Shown here piece after piece: positions 1-8,694 of a stretch of DNA of 64,000 bases. Origin of the DNA: an uncultured delta proteobacterium (GTDB lineage: Bacteria > Desulfobacterota > Binatia > UBA9968); contig CAVUVW010000016.1 of assembly GCA_963745035.1 (NCBI GenBank), positions 64,001-128,000 of the forward strand. Reading direction: 5' to 3'. Each line of letters begins with the position of its first letter. Positions within the stretch are counted from its first letter, which is position 1. Below the pieces are notes generated by a model, which did no database searches, was not told where the DNA came from, and was given only the letters and a program-made list of their open reading frames with translations. The position numbers and the translations under genes were made by a program.

Positions 1-423
1 ATCCGCTTATTTCCGGATGCCCGAATCCTGGCACGCTCGAAACTCGACGCGGTGAGGACGACGATTGCGCGCCGCGAAGCGATTCGCGACTTGAGCCGGC
101 GCGTCGTGAGCGGCGCGATCTCATTTTCCGACAGTCAAAATCCGGCGGCATTGCGCAAGGCCCTGCTCGAAACCAAGGGAATCGGCTCCTGGTCGGCGGA
201 ATACATCAGCCTGCGGGCGATCGGCGACACGGATGCGTTTCCCAAAACCGATTTGATTCTGAAACGAGCGCTCGCGCTCCATCCCGATCTCGACTTGGAC
301 CGGCTCGCGCCGTGGCGGGCTTACGCGGCCACATATCTGTGGAAGGAATTTGCCGAGACGCTTTCGAAGAACCGGAAGATTACATCGCAGAGGCGCAGAG
401 AACGCGGAGATCATAAAAGGTGA
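1..423 (+). CDS. alkA: DNA-3-methyladenine glycosylase II (AlkA/Ada-AlkA), C-terminal part; 5' end lies outside the window
   Basis: Frame open from base 1 (IRLFPDARIL...); HhH-GPD motif KGIGSWSAEYISLRAIGDTDAFPKTDL; PWRAYAATYLW; directly upstream of ogt. Confidence 0.88.
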   Translation: MRLFPDARILARSKLDAVRTTIARREAIRDLSRRVVSGAISFSDSQNPAALRKALLETKGIGSWSAEYISLRAIGDTDAFPKTDLILKRALALHPDLDLDRLAPWRAYAATYLWKEFAETLSKNRKITSQRRRERGDHKR

Positions 424-430
424 AACGAAG

Positions 431-940
431 ATGACGCTGTCTTACAACGAAATGGACTCGCCGGTGGGTAAGCTCAGACTGGTCGCGAACGCGGCGGCTC
501 TCGTCGCTGTTCTGTGGGAGAAGGAACAGCCGAACCGGGTGCGGCTCGGGAGCATGAATTTCAATCCGGACCATCCGGTGCTGAACGAAACTGAACGGCA
601 GCTCGCTGAATATTTTTCGAGCACGAGAACGGCGTTCGATCTGCCGCTCGCGCCGCGCGGCAGCGAATTTCAGAAAAAAGTCTGGCAGGCTTTAAGAAAG
701 ATACCCTTCGGCGAGACCCGAAGTTATCTGGCCTTGGCCAAAGAGCTGGGCTCCGCCAACGCCGTCCGCGCGGTCGGCGCCGCCAACGGCAAGAATCCGT
801 TGTCGATTGTCGTGCCGTGTCATCGGGTCATCGGCACCGACGGCGCGCTGACCGGCTTCGCCGGCGGTCTCGTGGTGAAAGCCAAGCTGCTGGATTTTGA
901 ATCCAGCAGGTCGATACCGACTCAGGAGAAGCTTTTTTGA
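431..940 (+). CDS. ogt: Methylated-DNA--protein-cysteine S-methyltransferase
   Basis: Active-site IVVPCHRVIG; FQKKVWQALRKIPFGETRSY; RAVGAANGKNP; ATG at 431. Confidence 0.95.
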   Translation: MTLSYNEMDSPVGKLRLVANAAALVAVLWEKEQPNRVRLGSMNFNPDHPVLNETERQLAEYFSSTRTAFDLPLAPRGSEFQKKVWQALRKIPFGETRSYLALAKELGSANAVRAVGAANGKNPLSIVVPCHRVIGTDGALTGFAGGLVVKAKLLDFESSRSIPTQEKLF

Positions 941-1653
941 GCGTCACGGCGCGGGCGCGAAAACTGGAGGTCGACTGGGATCGAGCGCGTGCGCGGCTCG
1001 ATCAACGCGGCTTTGCGCTGATTCCCGGCGCGCTCGCGCAGCGGAGCTGTGAAGAGATCGCCGGCACCTACGCGGACGACGGCCGTTTTCGCTCGCGCAT
1101 CGACATGGCGCGCCACGCCTTCGGGCGCGGCGAATACAAGTATTTCGACTATCCCCTGCCGGCGATCGTGGGGCGGCTTCGCGCGGCGTTCTACCGTGAG
1201 CTTGCGCCGCTCGCTAACGAATGGGCCGCGCGGCTCGGCGCCAGGGCGCGCCGCTTTCCCGAAGAGTTTTCAGACTTCATCGATCAGTGCCATCGCGCCG
1301 GCCAGAAGCGCCCCACGCCGCTGCTGCTGAAATACGGCGCCGGGGATTTCAACTGCCTGCACCAGGATCTCTACGGCGATATCGTGTTTCCTTTTCAGGC
1401 GACGTTTTTCCTCAGCCGGCCGGCCGAAGATTTCCAAGGCGGCGAGTTTGTCCTCACCGAGCAGCGGCCACGCCGGCAATCGCGGGCCGAAGTGTTGTCA
1501 CCGAATCAGGGCGACGCCGTGATCTTCGCCGTTCATCATCGCCCCGTGCAGGGCGCGCGTGGCTACTACCGAGCCAATCTTCGCCATGGGGTCAGCACGG
1601 TTCGCTCCGGCGCGCGCTATACTCTGGGAATTATTTTTCACGACGCCAAGTAG
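937..1653 (+). CDS. 2OG-Fe(II) oxygenase, DUF2086/Oxygenase-NA-like
   Basis: HxD motif (LHQDLYG), GGEFVLTEQRPR, distal His (RHGVS), RYTLGIIFHDA; overlaps ogt stop. Confidence 0.85.
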   Translation: MSVTARARKLEVDWDRARARLDQRGFALIPGALAQRSCEEIAGTYADDGRFRSRIDMARHAFGRGEYKYFDYPLPAIVGRLRAAFYRELAPLANEWAARLGARARRFPEEFSDFIDQCHRAGQKRPTPLLLKYGAGDFNCLHQDLYGDIVFPFQATFFLSRPAEDFQGGEFVLTEQRPRRQSRAEVLSPNQGDAVIFAVHHRPVQGARGYYRANLRHGVSTVRSGARYTLGIIFHDAK

Positions 1654-1790
1654 CGGCTGCCGAGAAAACCAGAAACCCGGCTCAAAGAGTCCTGCGCCAA
1701 TTTCGGCTCTCCAGAAGTGCGCCTCTTATAAGTCGGTTACTCAGTTGTATACTGATTATCGGACGGCGTGTTTCTAAATGGCGAAATCTG

Positions 1791-2300
1791 ATGGTGGGCG
1801 TGGTGCAAATTCTGACCCTGCTGGCGGTCGCTGTAACTATGGCTCTCGCGCTTGCGCATGCCCTCGAGCTGCCGGGGAAGATGCGGCTCTCAAAGGAAGC
1901 GTACTATGCAGTGCAGCCTATCTACTTCTTTCCTTTCTACTATCCCGGTTTCACTTTCGCCGGCTTTGCCGAACCCTTTGGAATCCTTTTAACGATCCTC
2001 CTGCTATTCGTGACTCCATTGGGGACGGTGGATTTCTGGCTTATCTTGGCGGCGTTAGCTGGACTCATCGCTGTGCAGGCGGTGTATTGGCTCTTTACTC
2101 ACCCGGTAAATAAATTCTGGCTCCAGGACGAGAAACTGAGCCGGGCCGGTTCCGGCTTTTTCTCCTTCGCGGCCGACGCGTCACAGTCCTGGCCGGTCAG
2201 CTGGACAGAGCTGCGCGATCGCTGGGAGTATTCCCATGTGGCGCGAGCGGTACTTGCTTTCGCGAGTTTCAGCGCGCTGGCGATTGCGATTTCGTCGTGA
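1791..2300 (+). CDS. Membrane protein, DUF1772/anthrone-oxygenase-like
   Basis: Four hydrophobic segments; AHALELPGK; THPVN; RDRWEYSHVARA; ATG at 1791. Confidence 0.65.
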   Translation: MVGVVQILTLLAVAVTMALALAHALELPGKMRLSKEAYYAVQPIYFFPFYYPGFTFAGFAEPFGILLTILLLFVTPLGTVDFWLILAALAGLIAVQAVYWLFTHPVNKFWLQDEKLSRAGSGFFSFAADASQSWPVSWTELRDRWEYSHVARAVLAFASFSALAIAISS

Positions 2301-2338
2301 TGATCGACAAAAACTTCGAATCGCTGGGAGGATGGCGG

Positions 2339-2560
2339 CTACCTGTGGGCCGCCATGCGGACATCGCCCGATGGTCGGCGGTATTTAAGCGACGCCGGCT
2401 CGGATGAAAGGACTTCGGAATACAATCCGAGAGCCCGGGCCTGTTCGTAGCACGAGTGACAAACCGTCATATCGAGTAGAACAACCCCATTCTCCTCGCT
2501 GATCACCCGATAAGGCTGGCCGGCGACGACCTCGTCACAGTGTCGGCAGAAGAATTTCAT
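2339..2560 (-). CDS. Small hypothetical protein with CxxC...CxxC (possible Zn ribbon)
   Basis: MKFFCRHC...MTVCHSCYE, 73 aa. Confidence 0.55.
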   Translation of the reverse strand: MKFFCRHCDEVVAGQPYRVISEENGVVLLDMTVCHSCYEQARALGLYSEVLSSEPASLKYRRPSGDVRMAAHR

Positions 2561-2783
2561 ACCGCTTTGTTTCAGCAAGCGCGATGCCGTTATCTGTTTA
2601 CCGCGCAAATGGCCGCGTGTGACAAACCATCGTAAAAAATTCCGTGCGCTGTCCCGTCCACGGGAATAATCCGCAGCGTTCGCAATGTAAGTTGATTCAA
2701 CTTTGGGACAGGCAATGCGCACGTACTTTCCTTGGAGTCGCTCCGACGCTACGAAACGATTTCCGTAGGTCAGATGAGAGAGA

Positions 2784-2798
2784 CGGCACACGCCTTGC
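2784..2798 (+). promoter_or_regulatory. Putative sigma54 (-24/-12) promoter
   Basis: CGGCAC-ACGCC-TTGC has the YGGCAC-N5-TTGC spacing; 32 nt before an ATG with GGAGGAG RBS. Confidence 0.6.
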
Positions 2799-2830
2799 GC
2801 TTCGCTGGTCGTAGAGCGGAGGAGATTGCC

Positions 2831-2998
2831 ATGGCGAAAGCAAGTAAGAGGGCCAAGCGGCCGACTCCCAAGAAAAAAGCATCGAGACAGAAGATAGGGC
2901 GCAAAGTCAGTTCGCAAACCAAGCAGCCCTTCGAACAGGATGTCAAGCGCCGCATCGGCCAATTCGGCGGCGCGGGTGAGCCTCCGATCAAAAAGTAA
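2831..2998 (+). CDS. Small Lys/Arg-rich hypothetical protein
   Basis: Strong RBS GGAGGAG; MAKASKRAKRPTPKKK...QFGGAGEPPIKK. Confidence 0.6.
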   Translation: MAKASKRAKRPTPKKKASRQKIGRKVSSQTKQPFEQDVKRRIGQFGGAGEPPIKK

Positions 2999-3037
2999 GC
3001 GTCCGCAGGCGCGGGTTGAATGCGCAGGGAGCCGATC

Positions 3038-3535
3038 ATGCCGGAAAAACAAACCATCGAAAGAGCAAAGCGGGCAAGGCGAAAAGGGAAGTCTTCGACC
3101 ACACAGGCGGGCGAATTCGTGCGCGAGGAGATCCATCATGTCCGCGAAGGCAGGCACGGCGCGCGCTCGACCAAGCAGGCGATTGCCGTCGGTTTATCCA
3201 AGGCCCGGCGCGCCGGCGTCGATCTGCCGCCACCCGCGCCGGGTACCGTGTCCGAAAAGACCCGGCGCAGCGCCAAGCGCGCCTATGAAAAGGGTCAAAA
3301 GGGAAAGCGCAAGACATCTCCGCGCCGCGCGCGATCCACCGAAAGGGCTCTGAAGCGTGAGGGTAGGTCCGCGGCTTCCCGGCAGGCACTGTCGCGACAG
3401 GCGCATGGAGCGGCGCGAAGGCGCACGCGAACGAACCGCTCGGCGAGCGCGCAGCGGGCGGCGCGTACTAAGGGAAAGCGCGGCCGCTCAGCCGCCGCGC
3501 GCAAGGCGGCGCGCACACGCGCGCGCCGCGGCTGA
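3038..3535 (+). CDS. Highly basic putative DNA-binding protein (DUF6496-like)
   Basis: STTQAGEFVREEIHHVREGRHGARSTKQAIAVGLSKARRAG core plus R/K/A-rich tail. Confidence 0.75.
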   Translation: MPEKQTIERAKRARRKGKSSTTQAGEFVREEIHHVREGRHGARSTKQAIAVGLSKARRAGVDLPPPAPGTVSEKTRRSAKRAYEKGQKGKRKTSPRRARSTERALKREGRSAASRQALSRQAHGAARRRTRTNRSASAQRAARTKGKRGRSAAARKAARTRARRG

Positions 3536-3620
3536 GGGCCGCTTGGGCTGGATCACTGAGGCACTTGGTAATCTCCGGCCGCGAGCGAGACTTACAGCTC
3601 GCCTCGACGCAGCGATTCCG

Positions 3621-4298
3621 ATGGACAAGCCATTTTCCACCCGCAGAAAGGCAGGCGAAGAGCTTGCGAGCAAGCTCGGCAAATATGCCGGCCGAGGCGA
3701 TGTGCTTGTGCTCGCCCTGCCGCGCGGCGGCGTGCCGGTCGGTTACGAGGTGGCGCACGCACTTCATGCGCCTTTGGATGTTTTCGTCGTGCGCAAGTTG
3801 GGCGTGCCTGAAGACGAGGAACTCGCGATGGGGGCGATCGCCAGCGGCGGCGTGCGCATTGTGAACGAGGAGGTTACCCGGGCCGTCGGCATTTCCGAGG
3901 AGGCTATCGATGCGGTGGCGCGCCAGGAGTGGGTAGAGCTGGAAAGGCGCGAGCGGTTGTACCGCGGAGACCGTCCGCGACCGGCTGTGCAAGACCGCAC
4001 CGTTATCTTAGTCGATGACGGACTAGCGACCGGCTCGACGATGCGCGCCGCGGCAACTGCGCTCCGGCAGATGCGGCCGGCCAAAATCATTGTTGCCGTT
4101 CCGGTCGCCGCGCCAGAGACTTGCGACGAATTTCGCGAAGAAGTCGATGAAGTGATATGTGCGATTATTCCCGAACCGTTCATGGCTGTCGGCGCCTGGT
4201 ACGAGGACTTTTCCCAGACGAGCGATGATGAAGTGCGCGAGTTATTGCAAGACGCGGCGGCGCGCGAGCGACACAGCGCTTCACCGGTTACGATTTGA
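3621..4298 (+). CDS. Phosphoribosyltransferase family protein
   Basis: VLALPRGGVPV; VRKLGVP; PRPP-binding VILVDDGLATGSTM. Confidence 0.9.
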   Translation: MDKPFSTRRKAGEELASKLGKYAGRGDVLVLALPRGGVPVGYEVAHALHAPLDVFVVRKLGVPEDEELAMGAIASGGVRIVNEEVTRAVGISEEAIDAVARQEWVELERRERLYRGDRPRPAVQDRTVILVDDGLATGSTMRAAATALRQMRPAKIIVAVPVAAPETCDEFREEVDEVICAIIPEPFMAVGAWYEDFSQTSDDEVRELLQDAAARERHSASPVTI

Positions 4299-4334
4299 CG
4301 GCCTTACGGGCATGTGGCGAGTAGGAACAAGCCT

Positions 4335-4478
4335 ATGGCGCCGGTAATTGATAAAGCCACCATTCGCGGCGTGCGCGAAGCAGCGCGGCCGCTGACCGGC
4401 GCGAGCGCCGATTACGATGGTTTGCTCGAAAGAATCGGCGACGCGCATTTTGTGCTTCTACGTTGCCGCTCGCGTTAA
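4335..4478 (+). pseudogene. N-terminal stub of an erythromycin-esterase-family gene
   Basis: MAPVIDKATIRGVREAARPLTGASADYDGLLERIGDAHFVLL then stop, just before the expected GEASHG motif; this family commonly follows such a PRTase. Confidence 0.65.
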
Positions 4479-4499
4479 CCGCGTCTTGAGGCGAAAGGC

Positions 4500-4757
4500 A
4501 TGGAAATATTTCTTAAGGTCGCTCCTCGAGCCTACGACCGGCTGCGCAGCCACATCACTGCCGATTCTCCCGCCCATGAAGCAATCGAGAAAGCGACCCG
4601 AATTGATCACGCGGTCGAAGGAGTACTGTTCGCCGGCTACAGTATCCCGTGCAATGAGCAGCAACTGCGGATCATTTTCGAGAGCGCCAAGCAGTGCTGC
4701 CCCGAGATCATCCCGGATGTCGAGAGAGCATTGATACACGTTCGTTCGGCCGAATAA
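4500..4757 (+). CDS. Hypothetical protein (85 aa)
   Basis: ATG start, globular-looking composition, CCPE motif. Confidence 0.55.
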   Translation: MEIFLKVAPRAYDRLRSHITADSPAHEAIEKATRIDHAVEGVLFAGYSIPCNEQQLRIIFESAKQCCPEIIPDVERALIHVRSAE

Positions 4758-5032
4758 GCGTGCAGATAATTAATACGATCGGCCGCAGCCGAGCCGGAAA
4801 AGAAGACGAAAAACGCGCCTGCCAGTTGTCTTTCCCGAGCAACGCGGCGTTACGAGGATTTTTTGATTGATTTACCCTTGCCGCGTTTGCGTCGTCGTTT
4901 GGGACGCTTCGGATCCACACGCACCGATCTCTTCTTCAACATGGCTGTTCGCAAGTTTTTCGCCTCATGCCCTGCTCACACGGCGCATTGGCTGGGAGTC
5001 ATCTTTGACGACCCAAGAACGATTAGAGATCG

Positions 5033-5704
5033 TTAGAACTTTATCATCTCTAACCAGTTCTTATGTCCCGGCCCGGGTATTTTTCTTCGCCAGCCGGCCG
5101 CTTCATGCGAATGCCCGGACCCGTCTGAAAGTGAATAAGCGATTAAGCCGAGTGAGATAGCTCCTGCGGTGCCCACGAGAAAACGCGTCGACGGCGACCA
5201 GCGGCGCTGCATGATGTCCCAAACCTCGCCGCCCGGCTTTGGCTTGTCGCCTTGAAGACCAGTCACTTGCGCGCCATCGTCGTGCACCGCCAGATTGTTC
5301 TGTACGCTGGTCACGCCGCGTACCGCCCGCACGCCGTCGATAAGCTGCCCCTCTTCATCCGAAAGTACCGGGCCGCTGAGAATTACGCGACCATTGGAAA
5401 CCTCGGTTGTGATCGCCGAAGGATGGCGCACCAGAAAGCCTAGCTTGGAGCGGACTCTCCCCTCGAGCACTTCATCGCCGACTTCGCGTTTCGAGAATCG
5501 CGAGCGAAACTCAGCCATCATTCCCGCGCTCCGGTTGCCGAGATCGCGCGCCGTAATACCCGCGGCTCTGCGCATCTTTTTTCCCGCCTCGGTCATTTTG
5601 TCACGCGCCAACGCTCGCCGTCTTGCGCCTCCTTCGGGGTCTAACACGTACATCGCGGCGGCGCCTATGCCGATGCCCGTGGCCAACGAAAATACATTAT
5701 TCAT
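5033..5704 (-). CDS. BON domain-containing protein
   Basis: GAAAMYVLDPEGGARRRA N-terminus; DEVLEGRVRSKLG...GRVILSG...VRGVTSVQNNL; RBS GGAAGGAG. Confidence 0.85.
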   Translation of the reverse strand: MNNVFSLATGIGIGAAAMYVLDPEGGARRRALARDKMTEAGKKMRRAAGITARDLGNRSAGMMAEFRSRFSKREVGDEVLEGRVRSKLGFLVRHPSAITTEVSNGRVILSGPVLSDEEGQLIDGVRAVRGVTSVQNNLAVHDDGAQVTGLQGDKPKPGGEVWDIMQRRWSPSTRFLVGTAGAISLGLIAYSLSDGSGHSHEAAGWRRKIPGPGHKNWLEMIKF

Positions 5705-5798
5705 AACAGTCTCCTTCCAATTATCTGTGCCATCGAGTGGGCTCGAACAGTTCCGAGATGCTTCAATTTTTCTTCGTATCTTCTAATTCTTGAAAGCC

Positions 5799-5814
5799 GC
5801 AATAGACATGCCAA
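5799..5814 (-). promoter_or_regulatory. Putative sigma54 promoter of the BON gene
   Basis: Minus strand TTGGCAT-GTCTA-TTGC, near-consensus -24/-12. Confidence 0.65.
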
Positions 5815-6293
5815 CGCAGCGCAAGGGAATGTTCCTGTTGGAAGATTCAAGCCGATGACGTCACCTCCTGGAGGAACTAATTGTTTGTATCGTAGGGAGC
5901 GTATTTGACCATGCAAAGACTTGCATTTCTCTCTTCGCAAGAGAGGGCAGAAGAGATTTGAGGACGCAGTTGGGGGAATTTCTCTAGCAAACCTTTGTCA
6001 TGCCCGACGGAAGCAGGCGAACGGGATCTCGCTGCAGGCTTGGGTTTCGGCGGGATCAATCGTGATCGAAGAACTTCCAATTCATTCGCGACCAGGCTTC
6101 AGATCATTTCCGACCACATTTTAACGGTGATATGCAATCGCACATCCAGAAAGGCTTCATCTCCAAAAAAGCAGTCCGTGTCCTATTCGTAAGCACGATC
6201 GTGGCAGGCCCGGACGTTCAGTGGTCGACACAAATGAGACCGATTGGATGTCTCCACTCGAAACGCGCCGGCGAAAGTACTGCATGCGCGACT

Positions 6294-6797
6294 TTAAGCT
6301 CTGTTTCTTTTTGGAAAGTAGCAGGACATCCCGGCATAAACGGCGATGAGCGCCGCATAGTTCGCCATCATGAACCAGGGCGTTGACCATGGAATCCCAT
6401 TCACGAAGGGCGTAGGAAACGGCCACAGAAACGGCGTGGGAAAGTAGCTTTCGGTGTGCGTGGGAATATCGCAGACGACGTGTAAGATCCCCGCGCTCAA
6501 AAGCCAAGGCGGTATTTTTCTCGCGAGCCAGAGCAGACCGAACAGCGCCCCCCACACCACGAGGCTGTGCGTTATGTTGTAAGCGTAAAACAGATAGGGC
6601 GGAAGGATCGCCAGCGCCGGCGGGCCGGAGACTTCTCCGGCCAGCCGCATGCTGATCCAGCCCGGATTCATGGCGTGAAATATCCCGAAAGACAGCAAAT
6701 CGGGAGCCATGCCAATCAGAACCGCAGCGAAAAACTTCCGCCAACGCCGTCGATAAAAAGCCGCGCCGCCCCAAAGCCCGTGCGCGATGATATCCAT
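6294..6797 (-). CDS. Membrane-bound metal-dependent hydrolase (YdjM-like)
   Basis: MDIIAHGLWG; APD; ITHSL; LHVVCDIPTH; FLWP motifs. Confidence 0.75.
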   Translation of the reverse strand: MDIIAHGLWGGAAFYRRRWRKFFAAVLIGMAPDLLSFGIFHAMNPGWISMRLAGEVSGPPALAILPPYLFYAYNITHSLVVWGALFGLLWLARKIPPWLLSAGILHVVCDIPTHTESYFPTPFLWPFPTPFVNGIPWSTPWFMMANYAALIAVYAGMSCYFPKRNRA

Positions 6798-6947
6798 CAC
6801 CGAAGTTTTGGACGTTGCGCGGCATGAATTCAAGACCGCTATCGGCACCGATCGAGATTTGTTGAAAGAATGAAAAAACTGCTCAGCCAGGGTCAGAAGA
6901 AGGTGCTCAGCCACGACAAAAAGTGATCGTGAAACTGACGGCAGGAT

Positions 6948-7524
6948 TCATTTGCCGATCTTCATCGCCTTGGGGCGCGCCAGAAGACGATCCACGTAGG
7001 TCTCCAGCTTAGGGCGATCCGTCCGGCATGCCCAGCATGCGCATCCAGATGAACATGGAGCCGATCATCACGTCGGCGGCGGTGAACCGTTCGCCGAACA
7101 GATACGGTCCGGCGCCGAGCTCGCCTTCAACCACATCCTTGACGGTCTCGAAATTCGCCCAGCCGCGCTGCGGCGCAGTCTCGACTTTCATAATCGCATC
7201 GCCCATTGCAGGCTCGATCTGCGCAGTCGAATACACCATCAGCGACAGATAGCGGCCCCGTTCCGGCGCGGCGATTTTGGGCGCGAGCTCGGCCTCGGGA
7301 AACTTGTCGGCGAGATACATGCAGATCGCCGCGCCCTCGAAGACTTTGGCATCGCCGTCGACCAGCGCCGGCAGCTTGCCAGCCGGATTAATCTTCAGAA
7401 ACTCGGGGGCCTTATGCTCGCGCTTGTTGAAATCAATGGGGACGATCTCGTATTTCGCGCCACACTCGTCGAGCATCCACTTGGCGATCACCGCTCGGCT
7501 CTGGGGATTGAAATAAAGTTTCAC
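6948..7524 (-). CDS. Glutathione S-transferase family protein (1-bp frameshift near 7020)
   Basis: INPAGKLPALVDG; FEGAAICMYLAD; ERFTAADV; C-terminus DRPKLETYVDRLLARPKAMKIGK* continues in another frame. Confidence 0.85.
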
Positions 7525-7647
7525 CGGCCACCTCTCGGCAAATGATTGGCTGCAACCAGTCTGTGCAGTAAAGCGCGCGAAATCAATCCATCACGAAAAG
7601 AGCTGGACGTGGTATCGGCGTGGAACACGGCTGTGCGGCGCGGTTCT

Positions 7648-8493
7648 TTAATCAACCTCCAATACGCGTTTTAGAAGACTGTGGGCGAGCGCGGTGCCGG
7701 GCAGGTCCGCACCAACATCGCGCGCTAATTCCAGCGCAGGCGCCAAGCTTGCGGCGAACACCTCGGCGCGGTGCCGGCGAACAGGTTCCGGTTCCTGGGG
7801 TCTTTTGAACCTCTGCCAGTTATCCAACACGTTGCTCTGCCCGGAACTGACGTGCAAAACTTGCTGGAAGCTTTTGAAGTCGAGTCCGGTCTTGTCGCAA
7901 AGCAGCTCGCTCTCGTGGGCGGCAATCATGTTCAAGCAAACTACGATTTGAATGAGCATCTTGGCGGTGGCGCCCGTCCCGAGCTCGCCGAGATGAAATA
8001 TGTGGCTCGCCGAGGTGACAAAAACCGGGCGGCATTTTTCCAGAGCCGCGGCATCGCCTCCGGCCATATAGGCAAGCTGCTGGTCCTCGGCGCCTTTTTG
8101 GCCGCCGCTCATAGGCACGTCGATCACTTCGACTCCATCGGCACGACAGCGCGCGGCAATTTTTCGCACCGTCGCGGGAAGGATCGTGCTGTGAATCGCC
8201 ACGATCGACCCAGGTCGCGCGCCGTGAATCACGCCATGCTCGCCGATAACGACGCGCTCCGCCTGGTCATCGTCGACGACGGCGATTTCGATGATGTCGC
8301 TCCTTTCCGCAACTTCGCGTGGCGATGCGGCGACCGTCGCGCCGAGCGCAGCGAGCGCTTTACACGGCTCTTCGCGCAGATCGTAAACCGTGAGCTCGAA
8401 ACCACCTTTGGCGATGTTTGCAGCCATGGCTTTTCCCATCGCGCCCAAGCCGATAAAGCCAATTTTCGGATTGCATACGTTTCTTTTACCCAA
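7648..8493 (-). CDS. NAD(P)-dependent oxidoreductase, 3-hydroxyisobutyrate dehydrogenase family
   Basis: IGFIGLGAMG; DVPMSGG; GTGATAK. Confidence 0.9.
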   Translation of the reverse strand: MGKRNVCNPKIGFIGLGAMGKAMAANIAKGGFELTVYDLREEPCKALAALGATVAASPREVAERSDIIEIAVVDDDQAERVVIGEHGVIHGARPGSIVAIHSTILPATVRKIAARCRADGVEVIDVPMSGGQKGAEDQQLAYMAGGDAAALEKCRPVFVTSASHIFHLGELGTGATAKMLIQIVVCLNMIAAHESELLCDKTGLDFKSFQQVLHVSSGQSNVLDNWQRFKRPQEPEPVRRHRAEVFAASLAPALELARDVGADLPGTALAHSLLKRVLEVD

Positions 8494-8515
8494 AGAGCTG
8501 CCCTATCGTAAAGTG

Positions 8516-8592
8516 AAAAGGATAAAGGCGAAAGGATAAGGGATAAAGGTAGTCCGATATTTTATCCTTCATCCTTTATCCCTTATCCTTTT
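8516..8592. repeat. Inverted heptamer tandem repeat (GGATAAA)4...(TTTATCC)4
   Basis: GGATAAA GGCGAAA GGATAAG GGATAAA, 13-nt spacer, TTTATCC TTCATCC TTTATCC CTTATCC. Confidence 0.85.
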
Positions 8593-8694
8593 AAAGGAGT
8601 TGCATCGCAGGCGCAGTACTTTGCCTGCGCGCCGAGGTCGTGCGGCATGCCGTTTGTTCGATTGGCGTAGTTGTGTTTTTATTAAGAATTCATC

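Noticed and set aside
1221-1790. N-terminal half of the 359-aa ORF
   Set aside because: It overlaps the oxygenase in another frame and is R/P-rich; the real gene starts at 1791.
5815-6290. Long lower-GC intergenic region as a possible ncRNA or riboswitch
   Set aside because: No recognisable aptamer, tRNA fold or repeat; may simply hold activator sites for the sigma54 promoter.
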